DNA of 64,000 nt from an uncultured Gemmataceae bacterium. Its GTDB lineage: Bacteria > Planctomycetota > Planctomycetia > Gemmatales > Gemmataceae. The stretch spans positions 2,048,001 through 2,112,000 of the forward strand of contig CAVVPN010000011.1 of the NCBI GenBank assembly GCA_963750165.1, in the 5' to 3' direction. Under the pieces are notes generated by a model. The model was not told the origin of the DNA and made no database searches. It saw only the letters and a list, made by a program, of their open reading frames with translations. Shown here one piece after another: positions 19,601 to 31,600 of this stretch. Every line of letters begins with the position of its first letter. Within the stretch, counting starts at the first letter, position 1. The translations under genes and the position numbers were made by a program.

Positions 19601-22600
19601 ACGATGTGGTCGAGAACGCGCCCGTGACGCTGTTGCCCGACTCAGACGACTGGGAGTGCGACGTTTCCGTGTGATTGTCGCTGGAGGTTTGCGTCTGGTT
19701 CGTGGTCGTGCCGCTGACGGTCGCCGTCGTGTCCGATGTGGTCGTATCCGTGAGGGCGCCGCTGACAGAGTTGCCGCTCTGCTGGTCCGTCGAGGTCGTC
19801 GTCGCCGTCTGCGAATCGGTCTCCGTGGAGGTCTGGTTCGTGGTGGTCTGGTCCGTCGTCATCGACCCCGTCGTGGTCTGCGTCGTGCTGAAGTCGCGCG
19901 TGCGGTCGCTGCCACTTCCCTGGCTGGTTGTGGTCGCCGTCTGGGTCTGCGTCGTCACTACCGTCAGCGGACCGTTGGTCATGGTCTCGTTCAGAGACTC
20001 ATTGATCGTCGAGGTGTCGGTCGTCTGGTAGGCGCCTGTCTGGCTGTTGCCCGAAAGGGTGTCGCTCGACGTCGTGGTCGTTGTCCCCGTCAGCGTGCGC
20101 GACATCGTCTGGTTCGTCTCGTCCTCGGTGAACGAGGAGGTCGAGGTGCCCGTGTCCGACGAGCTGTGGACGCCGGTGATCGAATTTGCCGTCCCCATGG
20201 AGGTGCTGCTGCTCGTGTCGGTCCCGTCCGACGTCACCGTGTCCGTTTGGTTGGTGTCGGTCTGGTGACGGTGGGTCGTCCCGGTGTTGGAGTCCTGGGT
20301 CGTCGAATCGCCGGTGACGGAGTTGCCCGTGACGGTGCTGCTGTCGTGGGTGCTGTCGGTCGTCGTGATGACCGAGGTCAGGGGATTGTTGGTGTCCGTC
20401 TCGGAGTTGGTGTCCGTGCTGTCGGTCGCGCTGGTCGTGGTGTACGCGCCGGTGATCGAGTTGCCCGACGACGAGGTGGTGCCGCCGTCGCTCGACGAGG
20501 TGGTGATGGCCACGCTCAGCGTTTGGTCGCTGTCGGACTCGGTCCCGCTGGAGGAGTCCGCGAAGGTGTCCGATGACGAGAACGCGCCGGTGATGGCGTT
20601 GTCGGTGCTCTGGGTCATGTCGGTTTGAGTCCCGGACGAGCTGGCCGTCACAGTTATCGTCAGGTTCGTCTCGGTGCGCTGCGAGGTCGTGGCGGTCGTC
20701 GAGGTGGCGGCCGTCGTCGTCGTGCCGAGCAGATCGTTGCCCGAGCCGGACGACGAACCCGTGGTCGAGGAGGTGTCGTGCAGCGTCGCCGTCTGCGTCA
20801 GGTAGGTGAAGGTCTGGTCCTGCGTGGAGTTGGCATTGTTCGTCCCGCTGATGGTGAAACTGCCGGCGATGCGGTTGCCGGAACGGTTCGACGTGTCGCC
20901 AGTGGTCGAGGTGAGCGTGATCGTGCTGACCGGGCCGATCGCGTTGACCTCAGTGGTCGCCTGCGAAGTCGAGTCGGTCGCCGTGACCTGGTAGTCGCCG
21001 GTGACGCTGTTGCCCGTCTCGGTCGAGGACGTGTTCGACGACTCGGTGCCGGTGGTGGTGATGATGTTGACCTGGTTGGTGTCGGTCTGCGACAGGTTGT
21101 CGGAGCTGCTGCTCGTCACCGTGGTCGAGTAGGCGCCGCTGTTGGTGTTGCCCGACGAGTCGGTTTGCGACGTGCTCTGGCCGCCGGTGCGGTGCGCCGT
21201 GCTGGTCAGCGTCTGGTTGGTGAGCGTATCGTCGGTGCTGAAGGTGGACGTGGTCGTGGACGACGAGGTGAAGTCGCCGGTGACGTTGTTGCTGGTGCCG
21301 GTGGTCGTGGTCGTGCTGCTGGTGGTGCCGGCGTCCGTCCTGGTCTCCGTCTGGTTGGTTTGCGTGGCGGACGAGGTCGTGGTAGCGGTCTCGGTGCTCG
21401 CGGTGGTGCTGGCGCCGGTGACGCTGTCGCCCGAGTCGGTGGACCCGGCCGTGTAGTCGGTCGTGGCCTGTGATGTCAGGCTGCGGGTCTGGTCGGTGTC
21501 GGTCTCGTTGGTCTGGGAGTGCCCGCCGGTGGTGGTCGCGGTGGACGTCCAGGCGCCGGTGAGCGAATTCGAGGTGGCCTGGGTCGTGGTGCTGCCGGAG
21601 TCGGTCTGCGTGACGAGCGTGTCGAGCCCCTGGTTGGTCGAGTGGTCGGTGCTGGTCGAGGATGTCGCGGCAGTGACCGTGCGGTCGTCGTCGCCGGTAA
21701 CCGAGTTGCCGGTGGCGGTGCCGCTCGAAGTGGACCCGGACGAGGAGGTGATCGTGTCCGTCAGGGGGCCGTCGGTGGTCGTCCGCGTCAGGCTCTCGGC
21801 GGTCGTGCCCCCCAGCGTGTTGTTGTAGTCGCCGGTGACATCGTTGCCGGTGCTCGTCGTGTTGCTGGTCGTGGTGGTGGTGTCGGCGTAGACGGCGGTG
21901 AGCGCACCGTTGGTGTCGGTGCCGCTGACGGTCGTGGTCTGCGTCGTCGCGCTGGTGGTCGTGAAGTCGCCAGTCACCGAGTTGCCCTGCCGGCTGCCGC
22001 TGGTGCCCGTGGTCACCGTCTTTGCATCCTGAGTCTGGAGCGTCTGATCGGCAACCGTTTCCGCGCGCACGTCGGTCGAACTGCCCTGCGTCTGCTCGTT
22101 CGTGTCGCCGGTAATCGTGTTGTCGTTGAACGTGGTCGTCGTGGACGACGTGAGCTGGCTGATGGTCGCCGAGACATGCAGGTCGCTGATGTCGTGCGTC
22201 TGTGTGCCGCTGCCCGTCGTGGCCGTTGAGGAAGTGCCGGACGAGTCGCCCGTCAACGAGTTCCCGGCGGCATGGTTGTGAGTAGTCGTCGTCGAGTGCT
22301 CGGTGAGCACGCCGGTCGCGCCGGAGTTGGTCGTGGTGTCGGTGCTTGCGACGGTCGTCGTGGCGGAATCGTCATTGACAAAGTCGCCGGTGACCTGGTT
22401 GCCGCTGCCGCTGCTGGTGTCGGTGGTCGTCGCCGTTGTCGTCTGCGTGTCGGTGAGCGTCTGGTTGGTCGTGGTCACCGTGCTGCTGGTCTGGGTGTTC
22501 GACGTGCCGTCGCTGGTGAAGTTGCCCGCGATCTGGTTGCCCGAACTGCTGCTGTTGGAGTTGCTGGTGCTCGTGCCGGTCGTGGTGACCGTCTGCCCCT

Positions 22601-25600
22601 GGTTGTGCTGGGTATCGGTGCTCGTGGTGGTGCCGTTGGTCTGGTCGGTGTTGCTGAAGTCGCCGGTGACGCTGTTGCCCGACGCGGTGGTTGTGTCGGT
22701 GCTGGTCGTGCTGGCGGTCGAGGTGTCGGTGAGTGTCTGATTCACCGTCGTCTGGTTGCGGCTGACGGTGCTCGTCACCGTCCCGCCATTCTGGTAGTCG
22801 CCGGTGACGGAGTTGGACGTGCCGCTGCTGTTGCCGTCGGTGTGGCTGGTGATGGTGACCGTCTCGGTCAGGCCGTGGTTGGTGTCGGTCTCGTCGCGCG
22901 TCGAGTCCGACGTGGACTGGCTCTGCTGCTGCGTGTCGCCCGTGATCGAGTCGCCCTGGCTGGTCGTCGTGGACGTGCCACTATCGGTGACAGTGGCTGT
23001 GCTGGTCTGTGTCTGGTTGGTCGTGTCCACGGTCTTGGTGTCGCTGCTGGTGGTGTTCTGGGTCGCGTTGAACGAGCCGTCGATGGAGTTCCCGGTATTC
23101 GTGGCCGTGGTGGTGACGGTCGCGTCGGTCGTCGTCGTGGAGGTCAGCGTCTGGTCGGCGACTCCCTCCACGTCGTCGGTCGTCGTCGTGGATGTCTGCG
23201 TGGTGTCGAAAGCGCCGCTGTAGGTGTTGGAAGTGCTGTCCGTGTGACTGACGATATGGGACGTGACGTTGCTGTCGGTCGTCTGGGGGTCGTTGGAGCC
23301 GGAGCCTGTCTGCGTCGCGTCGCTCGTCGAGTCTTCCGTGCTGGTGAAGTCGCCGGTGACCGAGTTGCCGTTAGACTGGTCCTGCTTGGTGCCGGTCACG
23401 TCGAGGTGGCTGGTGAACGTCGAAGTCTGGTTGGTGTCGGTCTCGTCCTGCGTCGTCGTCGAATCGACCTGCGACGAGGTGGCGCTGGCGCCGCTGAACT
23501 GATTGCCGGACTGCATCCCGTCGGAGGTCGTCGCCGTGGCCTGGGTGTTCACCACGGTCGTCAGGGTGTTGTTCGTGGTGGTGTCGTCGCGCGTCGTCGT
23601 CGTCTGAGAGTTGAAGGTGCCGCTGAAATCACCGGTGACCGAGCTGCCGTCGTTCTCCGCGTGACGTGTGTTGTCCATCGTGACATCGACGTTCTCGGTA
23701 ACAGACTGGTTGGTGGTCGTCGCGGTCTGGTCGGAGTCCTGGGTGCTGTCGTCCGTGGTCGAGAACTCCCCGGTGACACTGTTGCCGGAGTCGGTCAAGG
23801 TGTCGTCGGTCGTCGTGGACACGTGGTTCTGGGTGCTCACGGTCAGGTTGGTGGTCGAGTCGTCCCGCGTCGTCTCGGTGTCGCTCGTCTGCGTGGCCGT
23901 GAAGTCCCCGGTGATCGAGTTGCCGCTGTTGGTCACGTCCTGGCTGGTCGTGGTGGTGATGGTGGCGGTCCCGGACTGGGTCTGGTTGCTCGATGTCTCG
24001 TCGCGCGTCGAGCCGGCGTCGGCGTGCTGGGTGGTGGTGAAAGCGCCCGTGATGGCGTTGCCCGTGGTGGTGGTCGTCGTGACGTTGTCGCCGGTGCTCT
24101 GCGTGGTCCCCGTCACGGTGAGCGGGCCGTTGGTGGTGGTGTCGGTGCCGTCGGACTGTGAGGTGTCTGTCGCGTCGGTGCTGAAGTCCCCGCTGATCGA
24201 GTTGCCGGTGGTGGTCGTATCGGTGTGGCCGGTGGTCGTCATCGAGCTGACGACTTCCTGAGTCTGGTTGGTCGCGTCTTGGTCGGTGGTGGTGGTGTAG
24301 TCGTTGGTCTCCGTGCGGGAGTAGCTGCCGTCGATGGTGTTGCCGTCGGCGTCAGCGGTCTTGTCGGCGGTGGTCTCGACAGTCGTGTCGGCCGAGGTTC
24401 CCTGGTTGGTGATGTCGTGCTCGGTGGTGGTGTCGTCGGACTCCGTTTGCGACTGGGAGAACTGGCCGCTCAGCGTGCTGCCGCCGCCGGTCCACTGGAT
24501 CTGGGTGGTGCCGCTGCCGGTCATGGTGTCGGTCTGCTGGCCGTTGGTCGTCGTGCCCTGCGACGACGAGGTGTTGGTGGTGATGCCGTCGTAACTGTAG
24601 TTGCCTCCGAGGGTGTTGCCGCTCTTCTCCCAGTCATCAACCTCGGTCGCGTCGGTGGTCGAGTTGGAGGTCTGCGTCTGGTTGGTGCCCGTCACCACGG
24701 TGTGCGTGGTGGTGGTCGTCAGCTGGATGATGTCGAACGTACCGTCCTTCTTGTTGCCGGTGTTTTGCACGTTGCCGGTCGTGCTGGCGTCGCCGACCTG
24801 CTCGGTGTGGCTGCCCTGGTTGTCCTGGGTCGCGTCGTCGTGGGAGGTCGAGTTGAGGCTCTCCTGGTAGTCGTAATTGCCGGCGTAGAGGTCGCCGCTC
24901 TGGGTGAGATCCTTGTCCGCGGACGATGTCACGGTGTCGGAGGTCGTCACCGTCTTGTTGGTCCCGTCGGTCTCGGTCGTTGCGTCGGTGTGCGAGGTGC
25001 CGTTCAGGGAGTAGCTGCCGCCCTGGGCGTTGCCGGTGTTGGTCTGGTCGTAGGTGGTGTGGATGGAGCTGGTCTGGGTGACATCGGACGACTGGTCGGT
25101 CTCGTGCCGCGTCTGTTCCACGTCGGTCGTCGCGTCGGTCATCAGGGTGAACTGACCGGTGAGGTCATTGCCCGTCTTGTCGGCATCGGTGGTGACGGTG
25201 GTGCTGCCCGTGACGTTCGCCGACATCGGCTGGTTGACCTCGTCCCGGTTCACGATGTCCGAGGTCGTCGTCGTGGTCATGCTCAGGGTGTAGGCGCCGG
25301 TGATGAGGTTGATGGTCGCCGCCGTGGTCTCCTGGTCGAGCGTCGTGTTCAGCTCCTGATCGTAGCTGAAGGTGCCGTTGGAGCCGGACTCGCTGACATC
25401 GGTCTGCTGGTTCAGCTGGCGGGTGCGCTGCACGATGCCGGTGGTGTAGTCGCCCGTCTCCTCGATGTTGTCGGTGCTGTCGCTCGTGCCACTGGACGTG
25501 TAGTCGCCGATCAGCGCCTGGTTGGTCAGCTGGGCGGCCAGCTGGCCGGAGTCGGCGCGGATGAGGCCGTCGATTTCCCCCTCCAGGCTGGCATCGACGG

Positions 25601-28600
25601 TGCGGTAGCCCGTGCGCGTGTATTCGGCGTCCTCCGTGGTCATGGAGTTCCAGGTGAACTGGCCGTCGGTGTAACTCTTGGTCTCCTGGAAGGTGGACAG
25701 GCCGGTGGTGTCGCCCGTGTAGGTGTCGGCGATGTCATCGGACTTGATCGGGCCGTCGTTCAGCTGCTGGCCATCGAGGTTGGCGGCGTACTGATGCACG
25801 ACGAAGCCGCTCGCCGAGTAGCCGGTCGCGTCGAACTGGCCGGTGGCGTAAACGTTGTCGAAGTTCAGGATGCCTTTCTGCGCCTTCACCATCTGGGACG
25901 GGGCGCCCTGAACGTCGCCGTTGACCGTGTCGAGGCCGAACCCGTATTCGTACTGGACCTGGCCGTCAACGGTAGCCGTGGCCGTAAAGTTGCCGGTCGT
26001 GCGGTCCATCGACACGAATTCCTTCAGCCCGACCGAGCCCTGAACATAGCTGTTCACGTAGACCATGCTAGGGTCGTCCAGGCGGTTGATGTCCTCTTCG
26101 CTGCTGACGTTGATGACATCGGCAACCGAGACGACGACGGTGGCCACGTTGTTCCTGGTGTCCTGGATCTGGATGGTGATGTCGTACGGACCTTCGTGCG
26201 CGTAGGTGTGGTCGCCAACGACCTCGTAGAAGCCCGCCGCGAGCTGCGACGCCTGCACCATGCCGGTGCTGGTGTTGCCGTCACCCCAGTTGATGGTGGC
26301 GACGAAGTCGCTGGGGCTCGTGATCGCGCCGGTGGGGATGAACTCGGCCAGGGCGGCCCCGTTGGCGCGCCCCAGGCTCTTGTTGTCACTGACGGAGCGG
26401 CCTTCGAGCGTCACCACCACCTCGCCCCACGCGGGCGGCGGCGGCGTCGCCCGGATGATGGCCTGGCCGGAATCGGTCTGGGCCCAGAACGCCACCTGGC
26501 CGGCGGTGTTGACGGGGTCGTAGGTGCTGATGGCCTGCACCGTCCCCAGCCCGGGCAGCATCTCGCCAATGTTCGCCACGCGGTAGTCGCCGTAGAAGTC
26601 GCTCGACGGTAGGATGCCCGGGGCAGACGAGTCGAAGACGAAACTGGCCTCGTGCAGGCCGTCGCGCACGTTGCCGGCGGAGTCCTGCGCCTGGGCCATG
26701 TACACCACGTTGTAATACTTGTGCCCCGCCAGATCGGCCGCGTAGTTGATCCCCAGGCTGGCGTTGTCATCGATGTGGTCGATGGTGCCGACGCCCACGC
26801 CGTTGACGAGAACCTCGTTGGGGTCGAGGTAGCCGTCGCCCGTTTCGCCGACGACCTTTTCGACCGTGCCCGTCATCGGGTCCATCACGTAGATGCCGTG
26901 GCCCTGCAAGTTGCCGACGAAGGCAATCAGGCTGCCGTCGTCACTGATGGCGGCGTTGGGGCCGACGGCGCCGGGGATGGGCTGGGGGGCGCCGCCGGGG
27001 GTGAAGTATTCGGCGACGCCGTTGACGTTCGCCACGCCATAGCCGTTGTCGGCGAGATGGATCGCCTGGATGTTGCTCACCTGGTTGAGCACCGGCGCGC
27101 CCGGATTGCTAATCGGGTTGGGCGGCAGAATGCCGAGGGTGTTCGACAGGGTGAGCGAGGTCAGAGCGACGTTGCCGAGCTTGCCGTTGACGAGATACTG
27201 GTTGCCGTCGTGCAGGCTGCTGCCCCAGCCCGAGATGGCGAACTGGTCTTTGTTGTTGAGCGAGACCGGCGGCATGATGACCGAGAAGTCGTTCTTGAAC
27301 GAGAAGAGGGCGGTCCCGGCAACCACGCTGAGGTACGCGGCCGGGTTGTTGCGGTAGGGCTGGGCGACCAGCGCCCAGGTCGGATCGACCGGCGAGAAGT
27401 AGACGCTGGCCCACACCGGGTTGAGGATCCAGGCGCGCGGCGGCAGTGTGTACGACGCCGTGATGGCGAAGCCGATGGCACCCGGTCCGATGGCCCCGAG
27501 GACGGCCGAGATGTACATGTCAATGAACAGCGGGTTGCCCCAGGTGATGCCCGCCGCCGACAGCCCCATGTCGCCGACCGCCGCCTGCAGGGGGAGGATG
27601 TACTGGCCCTTGAGCGCGTCGGCTCCGTCCCAGGCCTCCGCGTAGGTGAGTATGGCCGGGGCGTAGGTGAGCAGCGGCAGGCCCAACGGCAGCGAACCGA
27701 TGGCCGTCTGCACGCTCATCTGCCGCTCGGCGAACAACAGGTCGTCATCGTTCAGCGACACGTTCTGGGAGAAGGCCGCCGACGGCACGCCGCCCGTGTC
27801 CGGCGGCAACAGGCCGCCGTTAAGCATTCCCGGGGCGACGAGCGATACGGCGCCGGTGGCCTTGGACCAGACATAGATGCTGTCCACATTGTTGGTCTGC
27901 GTCCCCTGGAAGCCGACGTGCCCGTTGTTGTTGATCGACGGCCCCATGCCGAGACTGTTGAAGCCGTTGCTCTGTTTGGCCACGATGTCATAGTTGAAGG
28001 CCGACGCGCCGGAGCGCACGATCAGCGAGACGACGGGGTCGCCGCCGGTGTCGTTCGGGCCGTGGATTTCGTAGTCGAAGGTATCGACGACATCGATGCC
28101 CTCCCGGGCGAACGTCTGCAGGGCCACCGAGTTGGTGGGGTCGTAGGTCCAGCTGCCGTCCCGGTTGACGTGGTAGACGGCGCCATAGTGGGAGAGGCCG
28201 TCGCCAGAGGTCCACAGCCCCGCCGTCTCGCCGAGGTCGGGCGAGGTGGCGCCGACCAGGAGGCCGTTGGCGGCCGGGACCGACAGCACCTGCGCCGCCG
28301 TCGCCCAGTAACCGCGATCAATGCTGGTGTCGCCGGGCACGGGCGGGTCGTCGGCGCCGATCACGGTGATGTGGACCGTGGCCGTCGCCCGCTCGCCGTA
28401 GGCGTCCACCACCGTGTAAGTGAACGTGTCGGTGTAGGTCTGCCCGAGCGGCAGCCAGGACAGGACGGTGCGCGGGTCATACGTGAAGCTGCCGTCGGGC
28501 GCGAAGGTGACGGCGGCGCCGGCGGCGCTGGTAGCCGCGGACACGGACGTGTCCACGACCAGGTTGGCGCCGTTGGTCACGTCCACGTCGTTGCTGAGCA

Positions 28601-31600
28601 CGCCGGTGGCGGCATTGACGACGAGCAGCACTTCCTTGCTGACGGTGTAGTTGTCGTCGTTGGCGGTGGGCGGGTCGGCCACGCCCGTCACTGTCAGCTG
28701 GGCCGTGCCCGATGTCCGGATGCCCTGCGAATCAACGATCTGGTAAGTGAAGGAATCGGCCAACGACTGGCCCGGCGCCAGAGCGCGGACCTGCGGCACG
28801 GCCGAGTCGTTGTACTGGAAGGTGCCGTCGGCATTGAGCGTCACCGTGGCGCCGAGGCTGCTGGTTACGCTGGCGGCCACTGCCTGGAGCGGCGCGTCGC
28901 CGGGCAGGGCGTCGGGGTCGGTGGCGCCAACCAGCACACTCTGACCGCCGGTGCCGTCCTTGGTGATGCTGATGGTGGCGGTTGTCGGCACGGGCGGCCG
29001 GTTGACCGGGCTCTGCACCACGACCTCGACGAAGCCGGTCGCTGTGGCCCCGTAGGGGTCGGTCACCGTGTAGGCGAACTGGTCGGTCACGCGCTGGCCG
29101 GCGGCCAATGCGTTGAGCGCGGCAACCTGCGTCGGGTCGTACAGGATGTGCCCGTTGACCAGGCTCACTGCCGCCCCGTCGGCACTGGTCGCCGCCACCG
29201 AGGTCAGGGTCAGGATGTCGTTCACGTTCGGGTCGTGAGCAGCGGAGAGCGGCACCGACTGGTCAATCGTGGTCGTTGCGCTGGCCCGCAGGTAGAGTTC
29301 GGGCGTGGACGAACTGGGCACGACGGTGCCGGCCGTCGGCGGCAAGTTGGCGCCCTGGACGACGATGTCGGCGGTCGCGGCGCCCTGGTGGCCCTGAGCG
29401 TCGGCGACCGTGTAGCTGAAGTGATCGACGACCTGTTCGCCCTGGCCGACCCCCTGGAAGCGGTTGCCTGCCGTGTAGGTGTAGCTGCCGTCGGTGTTGA
29501 CCTGGACCGTGGCGCCCCAGGCGCTCAGCGTGTCGGCAGCGACGATGTGTAGACCGCTGCCCACGCCGGCAGCCAGCAAGCCCGCGGCAGCGCTGACGGA
29601 CAGCGAGCCGCTCTGGCTGACGGTGAAGTAACTGTCTGCCGCCGGCCCGTGCAGCGCCGCCGGCCCCTGGACCACCAGACTTTGTGTTGCCGTTTCGCTG
29701 GTGCTGGAGTTGGCCGCCTGGACCGACGCGACAGCGGCGCCGGGCGCCGCCGCCGTGCTGAAGCCGAAGGTGAGTTGCTGCCCGGTGGTCAGCGCCGCGG
29801 CCGGGTCAGCCGCCTGCCAGGTCACACCGCCCGACGAGATCGAGACCGACCAACCCGTGGGGGTGACGAGGGAGTCGAAGGCCGTGCCGGCCGGGGCAGG
29901 CACGGTCAGGCTGTTAATGTCCCAGGCGGCGCCGGACGGGCCGCTGACGGTGAAGGTGTAAGCGTATTCGCCTGCCGTCGCCGGGCCGACCGAAGACGTG
30001 ACGGCCCCTTGCGCCTCAGGTCGAGCGTGAAGACGATATCGGTGACGGCGGAAGTCAGGCCGTGGCTGTCCCGGGCGACAAGGTGCAGGTGGTGCGTCCC
30101 TGCCGACAGCGGCGCGCCGTTGATCTCCGCCAATTGCTCGGCACTGAACGTGAAGCTGCCGCCTTGCAAGTCGGGCAGGACGTTGACCGCCGGCGCCGCG
30201 GCGTCGAAGCCGGCGAGGAAGGATGTCAGCGCGCCCTCGCTGGCCACGGTGCCGCTGACCGCGGGCACGCGCACGGTGGCGCCGCCGACCGACTGGCCGG
30301 TGATGACGGGGGCCATCAACGGCCCGCTGGTGATGGTCAGGCTGTACTGGCTGGTGTTGCCGGCGCTGTCGGTCGCCTGCACCACGAGCGTGTTGGGGCC
30401 GGCGGCCAGCGGCACCTGACTGAAGGTGAAGTTGCCGTTGGCGTTGGCGGTGGTCGTCAGCGACGTGCCCACAATCTGGAGCGTCATCCCGGGGTCGGTC
30501 TGGCCGTCAAGGATGGCCTGCGTGGCCGTGGTGTAGTCGGCGCCCTGGACGGGGTCTTGCAGCGACGCATCGAGGTGGAACACCGGCGTCGCCGGCAGCG
30601 TCGTCTTGACGGTCAGCGTCAGCGCCGGCGTCGGGCTGCTGAAGTTGCTGGCCGCGTCTTCGATGATCGCCGTGATCTGATGAACGCCGTCGGACAGCGG
30701 CGTCGAGACGATCTGGGCAACGCCGGTGGAGATGGCCTGCCCGATCATGGTGCTGCCGTCATAGAAGGTCGCCAGGTCGCCGCGTGCCGCGAAGACGCGC
30801 AGGCTCGGGCTGCTGTAGCGCGTGATGTGCGCGAGCGGGTTGACGCCCGTATTGCTGACGGTGAGCAGGTCGGGGGCCGCGGTGGCGGCCGGCGGCGTTT
30901 CGATCAGGGTGAAGCTCAGTTGCACCGGCGCGGCGACGTTGCCGTCCACGTCGGTCGCTTGCAGCGACAGCTGGTAGGAGCCATCGCTGAGCGGGCCGCC
31001 GAACACCTGGGCCAGCAGGGTCGGCGTCAGGATCAGCTGGTCGCCGTTCATGTCCGACGACACATCCACAAAGGACATGCTGTTGATCGATAGCTGCACC
31101 GAGGCCAGCGGGCTGATGTCGTCGATGACGGCGCGCACCGTCGGGTCGGAGGTCGTCGGCGTGCTGCCCGGGACGCGGCTGGTGTCGTTGACCAACCCCA
31201 GGGTGATGGTGGGCGGCGTGACGTTGTGCATCGTCACGTTGATGGTCGAGGTCGCGGTGTTGCCGGCCGCGTCGGTGTCACGCACGACCAGGGTGTTGGC
31301 GCCGCGGTTGACCGGGACGTTGGTGAGCGTGAAGGCGCCGCTGTTGGCGTTCGCGGTCGTCTGGGCCAGGGTGCCGTCCACGGTCACGGTCGATCCCGGC
31401 TTGGCGGTGCCGTTCAGCGTGATCGCCGGGACGGTGACGTTGTTGCCCGAGCCGTACTCGGCGTGCTGGAGCGTCTGGTCGAGCGAGACGCGCGGGGCGG
31501 TGATGCTGCGAACAACCGTGACATCCACTGGCGCCGTGAAGAAGCCGACGTTGCCCGCTGCGTCCAGCGCCACGGCGGTGTAGACGTAGGTGCCCTCGGC

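Noticed and set aside
18200..25520. Ice-nucleation or antifreeze protein interpretation of the Thr-rich array
   Set aside because: Lacks the 8/16-residue AGYGSTxT periodicity of InaZ; the period here is ~46 aa and the context is a toxin.
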